DNA of 63,478 nt, counting the filler, from Calcarisporiella thermophila CBS 279.70 (Eukaryota > Fungi > Calcarisporiellomycota), in the NCBI RefSeq assembly GCF_041956535.1. It is 9 parts of 8 records of this genome, joined end to end, with 100 filler letters (N's around TTAATTAATTAA, not from the genome) between each part and the next. Parts side by side here need not be neighbours in the genome. Positions count along the whole stretch, not along the records: positions 1 to 18,908 come from NW_027192231.1; 8 more parts are not named here. One strand, given 5' to 3'. Both the position numbers and the translations under genes were made by a program. Under the pieces are notes generated by a model that had not been told where the DNA came from, made no database searches, and saw only the letters and a list, made by a program, of their open reading frames with translations. Numbering within the stretch: the stretch's first letter is position 1; each line of letters starts with the position of its first letter. Positions 1-12,900 of this stretch are shown here, in pieces.

Positions 1-542
1 GGAAACTCTTCCTCCCCCAGTCATAGATCCCCTTCTAATGTTTGTTTTATAATTCTTTGCCCAAATTGTTAAAAATGGAGATTTCTTAATAGAGCCTTTT
101 ATGGATGCTCAACCAATCAACAACTAACCTCTCACGTCACCCTCGATTGGCTGTATCGAGGGCCAGTGTCCAATCATTTATCTTCTAAGTTAGACTAACA
201 TGCAAGTAAGCATGCTGTTTTGAAAAATTTAGCATGCTTTTGAAAAATTAAGCATGCTTCTGAAATATAATCTTCAATCATCATCACAAATGGTAATAGA
301 ATTTTGGACTTGTTGGATTTGTTAGCCAATTTTAAGCCTAAACCTAAGTTGAACGCTTCGCTTACCTTTCATCCAACAAATATATCTAATTTCAAAGCTG
401 GATTCAAATTAACTTTGAATTTGAATCGGATTTTTCATACTTCCCGTTCGAATTATCCCTGCATTACAGTAATAAGTTTGGTAAGTTAATTGGAAATGCT
501 GCAAAGATATTACCAGTAACCAATGAGCAAGCACTATGGTAT

Positions 543-805
543 TGTAACAGAACCAAGCCACCATCTCTCTATCCTGATTCAATATTTCCTTTTATATGCT
601 CATTGGTTCCCACGCTGATTAAGGTTCATCTTGTTTACTATTTAAGCCTCGATTTTTGTTTATTATTCCTTGCCCATTGCTTGCCCATTTTTTGCCCATT
701 CTTGTCCACCATTTGTCCATTTTGTCCATTATTCTAATTGAATTAAGACCACTTTTCATATATTCAATAAGAATCCGAATCATTAACAGTCTCAGAACTG
801 TTACA
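543..805. mobile_element. LTR-like sequence containing a degenerate TTGCCCATT/TTGTCCATT minisatellite (about 670-730)
   Basis: Starts TGTAACAG and ends CTGTTACA (perfect 8-bp terminal inverted repeat). No matching TSD (GGTAT vs ACAGA). Confidence 0.5.
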
Positions 806-1349
806 ACAGATTCCACTCAATACTATACCATGTCCACAACTGAGTGGAGATTCATCCATCACAATCCTGGACATCAGCCACATTGAAGATCCCGATGTTA
901 TCTCACTTGCTACAATGGAATACCTCTAAGTTTGAAATTCTGCAAATAAACACAATACAGCCACACCCGTACAACTTGCAAATACTCTGCCAATTTCCTA
1001 TTCAAAAAAGTTCCATAAAAGATTTCACGACCAAAAGTGGCCCTGCTGTGATGGCCTACCGAATATGCCATTCGCCAAATCAATATTGGAGAGAAATGAT
1101 CAATGCCCTCTATTTCCTCACAAACGTCTTGTAGATGCCATTCTACGTAAGTTCCAGCTTTAGAGCATCAGGAAATAGACGTACAAACTAACGGATTATT
1201 TTGCCAAATTGTGGCTTGGCAAAGTTCTCTACTATGCCCTGAATAGGTGATTTGTAAGGATTACGATTCGATTCAATTGAACTTACCTAATTAGTAAACT
1301 TTATTACCGTAGAATTTCAATTACAGTAAAATAATCACGATAAAGAATT

Positions 1350-1601
1350 TGTTGGAGAACGACCAGGCGTGACTGGTAGTCCGAATATATTCCAGATAAT
1401 ATTTGTGTTACGTCAGTTAATAGCACACTTGTACGAGCATGCGTCTCACCATCTTTATTTCTTTTTATCTCCTACCCTATCCCATCAGATATATATATAG
1501 TATATGCTTTCTCTCTTTAATTCCGTAGTGTGTGTTATTTGTGTTAACCCTTCTGTCTGTTTACTTTCCTTTTATCAATATACTCTTATTAAAATCCAAC
1601 A
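1350..1601. mobile_element. solo LTR, family 1
   Basis: TGTTGGA...TCCAACA termini, perfect 5-bp TSD GAATT (1345-1349, 1602-1606), homologous to 3329-3602. Confidence 0.9.
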
Positions 1602-2563
1602 GAATTGTATTACGAAGTTCTACCTACCGAGGGTCAGAAAATTATGCAAATAAACTACTCTATTATCACATGAATAGTGGCAAATTATTTTGTATACCGA
1701 CCATAATATATCATGTATAATTAGTCTATCTTGGCGTGTAAGAAACAATTTATAATGCTCAGAGTTTTATAGATTGAAAATTACACACAGCGGTACATAC
1801 TAATTTGATTTTAATTTTCTAACCCACAATATAATTAGCAATCTCATAAACTATCATTTTTAATTATATTCTCTGTATGTTAGCTCAGCAGCGGCACGGA
1901 TAAGCCCAGCCAATACGGCCATAATCAATTGTCCCAGCATCTCCCTTTGGTGATGCAGAATTTACGGCTGATGAAAGTCAGTTAACAAACTGATATCTAG
2001 CCACCATTTTGGATTATGCTGAAACAAACATTACTATACTGTACATTTATCGTATACCAGGTACATATAATTGCAGAATGACTGATACCACCCCACACAT
2101 AATCCAGTAGCGCATTCACGGGAACCAATCGCTCTTACGCACTCATAATCAAGTGTTAATTCGCTAATTAGTCTTGAGGTACGGGCATTATCCTCCAATT
2201 GTTCTTTTTCTAGCCACTCGACACCGCTAGCAACCAAGAGTCGGCCAGCCATTTTTGCAAGAGTTTTTTTACCGCCTCAACATAGCCATAATCGCCTCAT
2301 TACGGTCTCGAAAATGAATCATACAGCAATTGGTACAAATCTGTAGCGCCGGAACTCTCATTCTTCAGCTAACATATCCCCAGCCTTACTGCCACATATC
2401 TACCATCCCGTAGGCGCATACACGCGCCCAAATTTCCCTGAATCTCAGCCGATACGACACAGCAGCATGTGACCATGCAGAACACAGTTGTAACTTGGTG
2501 CTATATGTTAAAATGCGACAGACATAATATTGACGCTTAGTGCGATATTGAAATATCCGTCAT

Positions 2564-2840
2564 TGTAACGGAACGAGAATTGATCATGGTTTTTCTGGAA
2601 AGTTCGGTCGTTTATAATTTTCTACAACTTTCTATCAGTTCATAACAAATGTAAATACACCGTTTATTCGTATTTCTCTATGTAAAATCTTGATTTTCTA
2701 GACTAATTTTCTTGGTTTCTCTTGATATAGTTTAATCCTGAACTTATCTTGATTCTTGAATAATATTCTAGTTTTTTTCTTGAATTCTTGATTCTTAAAT
2801 CTTGAAGCTTGATCCAGAAACTTGAACCTGAATTGTTAAA
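2564..2840. mobile_element. solo LTR, family 2 (TCTTGAA-rich)
   Basis: TGTAAC...GTTAAA (terminal CA mutated), perfect 5-bp TSD GTCAT (2559-2563, 2841-2845). Confidence 0.75.
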
Positions 2841-3328
2841 GTCATCCCCGCAGCTACATTCAATACTGTATGGTATAACACAAGGCATCATATTCCTTTA
2901 ATCAATCGCAGTCGCAATAGGCAGCCCAGAGCGTAACTCCATTGTCATTACAAGTATGATTTCGTTCGTATTACTTTCATTCAACTGGTCAATGCCATCA
3001 TGTCAGTTACATGACACTGATAGAATACAAGATTACATGTCAATCCACACCCAACCTGGATTATACAAGTATTTCTAGCTACTTTACACCAAGGAATAAC
3101 AGCGTGAGAATATGTCTTCCATATTGTACGCCTGTTTATGTCACAATTACGTAGTGTTCTGTACTCGGATTGGCTTATCAGCTCAATTTTACACTCGCTT
3201 TGACAGTGCGATGGACCTGATTCTGCACATAAGTATATACGCTGTATTCCAATCCCACTTGAATATGATCCAAGATCTCGACAATCAGCTGGACACCCGA
3301 TATTATGTACAAAAGGTGCGGCCATAAC

Positions 3329-3602
3329 TGTTGGAGGACGACCAGGCGTGACTGGTAGTCTGATATATTCTAGATAATTTTTGTGTTACGTCAGTTAATA
3401 GCACACTTGTACAAACACGCACCTTACATGTACGAGCATGCGTCTCACCAACTTTATGCCTTTTTATCTCCTACCCTATCCCATCAGATATATATATAGC
3501 ATGTGTTTTCTCTCTTGAGTTCCTTGGTGTGGGTTATTTGTGTTATCCCTCCTGTCTGTCTTCTTTCCTTTTTGTCAATATATTCTTATTAAAAATCCAA
3601 CA
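3329..3602. mobile_element. solo LTR, family 1
   Basis: TGTTGGA...TCCAACA termini, perfect 5-bp TSD ATAAC (3324-3328, 3603-3607). The TSD differs from the 1350 copy, so this is an independent insertion. Confidence 0.9.
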
Positions 3603-4517
3603 ATAACTTTCTCAATGATCGAAATTACCGAAGGAGTGGGAGTCAGCAATTATTGCGCATGTAGTCAGCCGGGAAACATAGAGTCGAATTTACATAATCC
3701 ACGCCCAAAAATTGAGTAATTATAATAGTTAATGCCATAGTTTGCGAACTGCATATTAAATCAAAAATTCTGTTATCGCAAATAGCTTCACTTTTATCAC
3801 CTATCCTTATCACCCAGCCTAATTCTTGGGACACGTGCCTAATAATCTGGAGACACTCATTACCACGTCTTGCTTTTCCTTGTCTAGACACTCCACAAGG
3901 CATACTGTAATTCCGCTCACTCTTGTTTGAAAATATTTGTTCTGACCATTTTTGTTTTAGATATTGTTTTATATTATTAATTTTCTCAGCATGAAAATAT
4001 AGAATTCTAAGCTGTAATATACAATATAGAAAGTTGAAAAGTTCTACGGGCTATGAAATTTTCTAACTGAGAATTTCAGTTGTTGGAGTCTCAAAGTTTA
4101 TTAATATTCTATCTATAATGGCATGTTTCTATACTCTAATTCATTTGATTTTTTCTCGGTTGATCCCAGAAAATTTGAGTATTAGTTAAGCGATAGTCAA
4201 CAAATTCTATAATCATAGTATATTTTATAATTTTATTTCTGTGTAAATCGGTTTAAATGAATAGACTACAGTAATAAATTAACGAATCCGATACTAATAT
4301 TATCTTAAAAAATTTACATAATAAAGTTCCTAACTGAGTAAAATTACCATCTAGCATTTATATAATATATTTTTAAAATAATTTGATTTGAGGATCGATT
4401 TATGAATTCAATAATGCTAGGGACTCACTTAATCTAGCAACTATAAATAGCCACAGTTATGACTCAATTTTTTCATATATTATCATAATATTCTTTTATT
4501 TTATTGTTGTTGCCAGT

Positions 4518-5356
4518 ATGCATTTGCTAGGACTTTCTCTCCTTCTCCTTGGTGTTGCTACTGCTCAGCCTGTGGATAAGAGCGATAATTTTATTAATAT
4601 ACAAATCTGGGGAGGAACGACTGTCAAGCCTGGGGAACTATCTTCAACCGTGTATGTGCGTGGAAGAGATTATTCGTGCACAGGTTCTCTTATAAAACCA
4701 GACGTAGTTCTTACAGCCGCTCATTGTGTGGAGAGTAGCGGGGTATCTATTCGTGCAAATAGTCTGAGCGCTTCTTCCGGTGGGCAAGTTGTGCAAGTTA
4801 CAAGAGGTCTTCAACATGAGAAATACAAACAAAACGAAGATTCGAGGGTAACCTATGCTTATTCAAATACCTCTCGTTATAAAGACATTCTAAACAATTT
4901 AATTCTAATCAGTACGATGTTGGTTTGTTGTTCCTCGCTAATCCAGTGCAAAACGCTCAGCCCATTAAAATTTCCCCAGACGCACCCAAAGAAGGCGATA
5001 TTATCACTGCCGCAGGATGGGGTGTCACTGAGTCTGGAAATACATCTGACAAATTACTCAAAGTCGAGCTTAAGGTAGGTGGTGATGGGGTTTGTGGTAA
5101 AGATTATCCAAGCTGGGGAGGTCTCTCGGGTCCCTATATTTGTTACCAGCCTGTGAAGGGCAAAGGCATTTGCTACGGTGACAGCGGTGGTCCCGCTTAC
5201 AAGGTGGTTGACGGCATCAATTTTATCCTGGGAGTATCGAGCTTTATTACCAGGGATGATTGCGGCGGGGCTTCTACACTTGGGTATTTCGTTCGTTTGG
5301 GGTATCATCTTGACTGGATCAAGAGGAATACAGGAGTCAGCACAAGTCAGGAATAA
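4518..5356 (+). CDS. secreted S1 (trypsin/chymotrypsin-fold) serine protease; exons 4518-4847 and 4913-5356
   Basis: Signal peptide, mature N-terminus IWGG, triad motifs TAAHC / YDVGL / GDSGGP. A GT-AG intron at 4848-4912 with CTAAT branch site joins the two ORFs in frame. TATAAATA at 4442. Confidence 0.93.
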
Positions 5357-5826
5357 ACTTCCAGCATTAGCTATCAGTTCTTCATTATAACCTAATATAT
5401 AAGAGTGTAATGCCTTGGTACTAAACACTTGGTAGTCTAAATCATTTATTCAACATGTTTTTTGTATCTGTGTCGGGCTATGGTTACTTAATATGTTATC
5501 AGTTATAAGACTTAGGAGCGAATATTATCATTAATCGAATCAAATAGTGATCTGATTGATTCAGCGATAAATCCATTTGGTAATACGCTGCCAAAGTATG
5601 TTTGATAAATCGCCGGCGATGAACTATCAGCTATTTGTAATCGGCACTCTAAATCGTACGATCCAACGCACAAAAATAAAAAAGTAACAACTGCTTGTTT
5701 CATATGTATTCATTCCTATCATTTCATCACTATTCCAACTCAAGGATCATTAACCTAAAGCTTCTCCCGGGGAAATATTGAATTTGCCAAGATTGTGTTT
5801 ATGTGGCTTTAGCAAGTTAAAAATGT

Positions 5827-6012
5827 TGTTACGATTCGTAGTTTCAGCTTGTCTTATACTTGTGGCTATTTGTGACATCATCACTATATGCATATAATAT
5901 AATATATTATATGCATATAGTGATGATGATCATCTTTTATTTGATATATTATATCAAATAACAGATGACGTAGCTACGTAGACACAGAGTTTAAGAAGAT
6001 CGGAAAGTAACA
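5827..6012. mobile_element. palindrome-rich solo-LTR-like element, family 3
   Basis: TGTTAC...GTAACA termini, near-TSD AATGT/TATGT. The first ~70 bp recur at 52651 and, inverted, at about 57001-57068. Confidence 0.6.
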
Positions 6013-6718
6013 TATGTAACAAAAAGCTACCACTTGGAAAAGGAGGGCCATACAATATACTGTAAATGTATATCTACTCTATAAGAGTCGTAGCAAATCG
6101 GCATAATTCAAACCAAATTTTTTTCCTAAGAATTTGCCAAAAGAAGCAGAGCTACCCGAAGCAAGAGAATTCCGATTTGTTACTGTTACCCCGGCATTTA
6201 TCGGTAGAGTGATCTTAAACACATGCAGCTTAAATGTTTTTAAGTCAATATAATTATTAAACTACCCGAAGTGTTGTAATATAACTAAGGGTCCTTCAAA
6301 TATCATATATTTAGCTATATGGTATGTAGTATTATATTTACACATAGCAACTCTGCGTGATATATCTAAGGGAAAGATTATAATTTCAATTATTTCTTAA
6401 AGTTTCTCTCTCATGACAATTGAAATACCCTGATTCATATAGTGACGTCAACAATAAGTTTGATATTACGCAAACTATAAGATAGTTTTCTGGAATCAAT
6501 TTATAAATGGTAGCTACTACAAATAGAAATTTCCATTTGTAGTAGCTACCATATATGCAAAGAGTTTGAGACCAGTCACTTGAAAGACCTCGAATATATA
6601 TTTGAAGGTCTTGACTTTCAAGACTATACGAGTCATTAGCAATTGCACACCATATTTTGACCTCACCCAAATTTATTATATTGTTGACTGCACCCTGTAA
6701 ATATCACTGATAAACATT

Positions 6719-9336
6719 ATGCTTATACCTTTCTTTGAAAAGCTGCCCATCCATGTGGTCAAGAAAATGGATGATGATACCGTTGCGTATCTAACCAATG
6801 TAATCGAGGAAAGCCAACCTGAGGGGAAAAGTGCTCTACGCGACGCAACAGAACCGTTCTTGTCAGAATCGGGAATGAGCCGTGAGCAGTTGGATGCATT
6901 TTATTCCCAGCTCTTTTTTGACGAACAATCCGAGCAAAAGCTGAAAGGGTCGAAAACTATGCACCTCTCCCCCAGCCGCAAGCCTGAAACTAATGCGAGG
7001 CAATTTGGAATGGCAAACCACGCAGCTGCACTGGATGCTATCGACAATATATCTTCGCCTTTATATTCTACAAAAAATGCAGTGCAGCCACCAGCATCGG
7101 CTAGTAAGCTTACCAAGCAACAACGTAGAACGATGCGAAAGAAGTTGGCAAATGGCGGTGAGAAGTCCAGTGCCGATGAGCAGAGTAAGGAGAAAAAAGC
7201 TCAGCAGAATGGAGCACCGAAAATTGTAGCCAATTCTCAGGTGTCACGATTTCACACCGAAACCCTGGAAACATTGAGCAAGGACGTAGATCTAAAAGGC
7301 GTGAATCTGAGTGTGGGGAATTTGGAATTGTTAGCAGATGCACGACTGCTCTTGAAGGCTGGGACGCACTACGGGCTGATTGGCAAAAATGGTGTCGGCA
7401 AGTCGACACTATTGTCGGTCATCGCTAACAAATCTCTTATCGGGTTTCCTAACAACATTCGCACTCTCTACATTCAACAATTGGAGGTAGTGGATGACTC
7501 ACGCTCTGTAATCGATGTGGTGCTTGATGCTGATACGAAATGGAGAAAACTAGACACAGACGCAAGGATTTTGCAAGCCGCAATCAATAAAGGAGATTCA
7601 GATGAGCTACTCAAGGCTGTCGAATTATTATTGGATCAGCAGGCTCAAGATGAGATTCTTGAAGCTCAGAAAGTTGCTGATCATCGCAGTGGCCAGCGTG
7701 GTTTCAAGGCACGAGTGTCGGCACTAGAAATTGAAAAGACAGCACGCAACAAGGTTTATCAGCGATATTTTACCCCTGGTTCGGACACGGATGTTTCCAA
7801 TGGGAACAAGAGATCAGTTGCGGATGTGGCGGCCGTGCTACTCGACGAGCTGTATATGGAATTGAAAATCATGGACGCTGATTCAGCTGAAGCGCGGGCA
7901 AAAGAAATTCTAACCAATCTGGGCATCTCTCAAAAGCAACAATGTGGCCCGGTCTCATTGCTTTCCGGTGGATGGAGAATGCGCGTAGCACTAGCACAAG
8001 CTCTCTTCGCCAAACCCGATCTACTCTTGCTAGATGAGCCTACTAATCACCTTGACCTTCCCGCGATTATTTGGCTTCGGGATTATCTGAGGAAACTTCG
8101 GGAAGACAGCCATCAACAATGTGTTGTCGTCGTATCTCATGATCGTCACTTCTTAAATGCTGTCGCGCAAGAGATCATTGTATTCAAGGATCGTAGCCTC
8201 TCATACCACCCGGGTAATTTCGATGACTATGAAAACAGCATAGACGAACTGCGTAAAAAAAGGCAGCGATTGCATGACGCATTGGTCAAGAAAAAGGAGC
8301 ACATGGAGAAGTCGATACAAAAGGCATTGAAGCATGCCAAATCCTCTGGGGACGATAAACGACTGGGCTTGGTGGCAGCTCGACGCAAAAAGCTAGAGCG
8401 AATGGGTGCCGAAAAAACGGAAGACGGCAAGCGTTTCAAGCTCTCATATCGAGGTAGGTTAGATTTAGAAAATATCTGCATGAATTTGAGCTAATTGCGC
8501 CATAATTTTTATCGACAGCTGGTTTTCACGCTGACTACCGTCCGCAAATCGAGTTGATACCTCAGGAGAAAAAGGTCAGCATAAAAATCCCGGACCCAGA
8601 GTCGCTACGTTCAAACGGCGCGCTCGTTACTCTTGATGAAGTGTCGTTCAGATACACTCCCACTGGCCCTTTTATCGTCTCCGATGTTAGTCTCGATATA
8701 GAACTGGGCAGCCGCATTGCAATCCTTGGGGCTAATGGTAGTGGTAAATCCACCCTGATCCAATTACTTAAGGGCGATTTGAGTCCAACCAGGGGACAAC
8801 GGGAGAGTAATAATCGTGCAACTATTGCCCATTTTTCCCAGCATTTCGTCGACATGTATGCTGAATCCGAGGAGTCATCCATTGACTTGTTAAAAGCTCA
8901 AGGCTTACCTGGATCGATCCATAATAGTCCTACTGTTACTGCTTTGCAGGAGACCGTGCCGGAGAAAGATATACGCTCATGGCTGGGCTCATTCGGATTG
9001 CATGGCCCTTTGGCTAAAATGTCTGTTCGTTCTCTCTCTGGTGGACAAAAGGCTCGCGTTGCGTTGGCTCTAATGTTGTGGCACCGTCCTCATTTGCTCC
9101 TTCTCGACGAAATTACAAACCACTTGGACATGCAAACCATTGACGGCTTAATCGAGGCCCTGGGTAATTACTCTGGTGCAGTAGTGTTGGTGTCACACGA
9201 TCAGTTTTTTGTTGAGCAGTTAGCGGAGGATGTGTACATCATGGATAATGGCAAATTGGTGTATTGGGAGGATGATTTAGATGCATATGCAGAATATTTG
9301 CTGCAAAAGGCATCAAAAAAGAAAGGTCCAAAGTGA
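6719..9336 (+). CDS. ABCF-family ATPase (two NBDs, no TM domains); intron 8454-8518
   Basis: GKNGVGKST / LSGGW / LLLDEPTNHLD and GANGSGKST / LSGGQ / LLLDEITNHLD. The GTAGGT...CTAAT...CAG intron restores frame (YRAGFHADY). Confidence 0.92.
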
Positions 9337-9985
9337 TCTTGGAATCATGTTCTTACTTCTTTATCATGTATAGTTGTCATTTTAGAAAATATGTTAATAA
9401 TGTATATATGCAACTTTGATACTTCATACTATTATCAATATATTTTTTAAAATTTAACCAACGTATTGTTGAAATCTTGATGTTTACGTACTATTTTCAT
9501 AGTCAAAAGAAACTTGGTAGTTTTATCTCATTTATACTATTCCAAGTACCCCTTGAGAGGATGAAAAAATTTTCGTATTGCTATGGTATTTTATCTAGCT
9601 ATTAGTTCATTCGTTGGCTAATCATAAATGGTTCTTGGAATAAGGCTTAGAAACCGTGAATCCATTTTACTAGGCCTCCGAATGAGCTCCATACTTTCTG
9701 ACCCCTCTAATATTGTATCAGTATAAAATGGGAGGCATAGATTAAAAATAATATTCTCGCTGCATATTCAAAGTCTCTAACTAGAAAAAGATTAGAGATT
9801 TTCTTAGGTACTATCTCGGCAGTGAGAAGATTAATGAAACAGGGACTAAGGACCACAATGCGACGGAGAATTGGATTCTTATTTTCATATTATATTGAAA
9901 TTGTGCTCCTGCTTCCAAGTTTTGTATCGAGGATAGATTCAATTTGAAAAATCAGTCCGAAAATTGATAAGTCACTTTACAATAT

Positions 9986-12900
9986 AATTCCCTTTGGGCG
10001 AGAGCTCAAGGTTCTCTCCCTGGATGGTATCTGCTCCTTCGGAGCCCAAATCGTGCTTTATTCATAGTTACAAAAAATAATAATAAAACATAAAAAAGTA
10101 TAAAATTGAAGTAAAATATTAGTCAAATTTTTCCAAATTGCTGTTTTTAGAAGTAATTGTAAAAAGTAATAATACTGAAAACAAAGTTATTTAAAAACGA
10201 TGTCTGCTCTCCTTGTTCCCTAGCTTTGAGAAGTCCTACGGATCTGTGCTGTACCATTGGGTTGTGGCGGGTGGACATCCAGCTTCGTTCCCCTTGGGCT
10301 CTCGCCCAAAGGGAATTAGCCTTCACAGGCTCGGCCAATGCCCTTTAGGCATCGTGCCCAAGGTTNNNNNNNNNNNNNNNNNNNNNNNNNNNNNNNNNNN
10401 NNNNNNNNNNNNNNNNNNNNNNNNNNNNNNNNNNNNNNNNNNNNNNNNNNNNNNNNNNNNNNNNNNNNNNNNNNNNNNNNNNNNNNNNNNNNNNNNNNNN
10501 NNNNNNNNNNNNNNNNNNNNNNNNNNNNNNNNNNNNNNNNNNNNNNNNNNNNNNNNNNNNNNNNNNNNNNNNNNNNNNNNNNNNNNNNNNNNNNNNNNNN
10601 NNNNNNNNNNNNNNNNNNNNNNNNNNNNNNNNNNNNNNNNNNNNNNNNNNNNNNNNNNNNNNNNNNNNNNNNNNNNNNNNNNNNNNNNNNNNNNNNNNNN
10701 NNNNNNNNNNNNNNNNNNNNNNNNNNNNNNNNNNNNNNNNNNNNNNNNNNNNNNNNNNNNNNNNNNNNNNNNNNNNNNNNNNNNNNNNNNNNNNNNNNNN
10801 NNNNNNNNNNNNNNNNNNNNNNNNNNNNNNNNNNNNNNNNNNNNNNNNNNNNNNNNNNNNCTCTCCCTGGATGGTGTTTCGTCGTAAAGTTATCTCTGCT
10901 TCGAGTATAGCTTCCAGTGGAGCGCCTTGTACTAACACGTGAGATGGTGTGGTGCTTCTGGTTGAGTGGGCCGTTGCTAGGGTGCCGCATTCAGGCAGCA
11001 TTTCTGTGATCCATCTTGTTATCGTATCCCCAGTTGCAGGAGTTGGGGTTTTGCGGGTTGTGGTAAAGAAAGTCAGAAAGTCATAATAGTCGATTGAAGT
11101 CTTTTGTGCTTGAGGTATGTATAGGTGCGCTGCTCCCACGGGACATGGTTCTATATCTTCTAGTGGTGTTATTTCTGTAAGAAACATTGCGGTCGTAGGC
11201 AAGTTGTTCTCGCATGTATCTCTATCATTCGTTTTGTACCATGATGTGGGTTTTTCCCACGCTGAATTGTGATGGTTCCCAGTAGTTACCCTTTCTCTCT
11301 TGGAGATGATCTCAATTACTTTCTCCAAAACTCTCTGTGTTTCGAATGCATGCCTGATAATTTCCATGCGATTACTTGTGCTGGGTGTCGTGGGAGTGCT
11401 CTTGGTGAGCTCAGGTGTTGAAGATCTAGGATAACTGGTTGTTGGATAGTCAGATTTAGGGCTTGTGCTATCCATGGTTGTGTCGTCCAGTTGGGGGTTA
11501 TCACCACTATCTCTTCCAGTTCTTCTTGAATCTTGAACTCCTGAATCCTGAATCCTGAATCCTGAACTCTTGAATCTTGAATCTTGAACTCTGAATATTA
11601 ATCTTGAACCTTGAACCGAATCCCGAATCTTGAATCCGTATTGTTACACCGCAGCTCTTTCTGGTTCGATGATGTTTTTCTCTCTTGGTCTGTCCATCGG
11701 CCATGTGTTGTTAGGTGCGTGCTCACTATCCCCCATCCTGTTCCTGATGCGTCGGTCATTATGTTCACTGTTTCGTCCGGCGGTGGAATTCTTACTTGTA
11801 AGCCGTTGTGAACGTCTAGGAGGATTTCCCACTTCTTCAAATCTTCTATCGTTTCTTTTGAGAGTGGTATCACCTTCTCCCATCCTTGATTGGTTCTTTG
11901 AAGGTGCTTTGCGAGGTCTCTTTGTAAGTGCCGTTGAAAGATGAACGCTGGCCTCACTGCGGGTGCTGTCGATGCTAAAAGTCCAGCTAGTGACGCTATT
12001 TGCCTCGCTGTCCTCGGTTTTGTCTTTGTGGATTTTATATCTTGTCTGATTTGCGTGACTTTTTCTTTTGGGAGCTTGATATCCATGGTTTCTGTGTTGA
12101 TTTCGAACCCCAGGAATATCTGTTGCTTCTTCGGCTTAAATTCCGATTTCTTTTCGTTGATTATAAAGCCGAGTGCTTGGAGATGCTCTATCAGTAGCCG
12201 TGCTTGATTCTTTGCTTGGGCTTCTGATTGATTCATTAAACAGATGTCGTCGAGGTAATACGTTAGGCGAAGACCCTGTTTCCTTAATGGCTCTCATACA
12301 TCCTTCATTAGTTTCGAGAAACTGCGTGGAGCTGAAGCTAGACCGAACGGCATCGCTTTGAACGAGTACGTCTCCCCTTGATGTTTGAACGAGAGGTATG
12401 GTCTGCTCTTCGGGTGAACCGGTATTGTTAGGTATGCATTGCTCAGATCGACCTTGATCAGGTAGTCTCCCGGTTGGATCATGTCTTGTATAGTTGATAA
12501 CCCTTCCATATTGAAATGTTGGTACTGTATGTATCGGTTTACCCGTCGTAGGTCCAGGAGTGGCCGTATTTTTGTCTTTTCTCGCTTTGAAAAAAATTGG
12601 ATAGGAAGCCATTTGCTTTTGGACTCGCTTTCTCTATGACGTCGTCTTTTAAGAATTCTTCCACTGCTTTGTCTAATGCCTGTAGGTCATGGTTGGATAG
12701 GTGAAATTGACTTACTGGCTCCTCGGGTGGTAATTTTTCGAATTGTATTCTTACCTCCTCTTGGATCGTCATAGTGCTCCAGCTCTTGCCAATGCGTTTC
12801 TCCCATTCTTTGGCGAAGTGCTGTGTCCTTCCCCCCGGAGGGATACATGCCTCTAATTCCCGGGGAATCTGTTGAGTTGACTCGAGCTGGTGTTTGTTGG

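Noticed and set aside
1350-3602. Full-length LTR retrotransposon bounded by the two family 1 LTRs
   Set aside because: Each LTR has its own different TSD, and no gag/pol is recognisable between them.
10213-10990. Long ORFs spanning the N gap
   Set aside because: They are open only because of the Ns.
11521-11640. CRISPR array or telomeric repeat
   Set aside because: Degenerate heptamers without spacers, internal to a retroelement, in a eukaryotic context.
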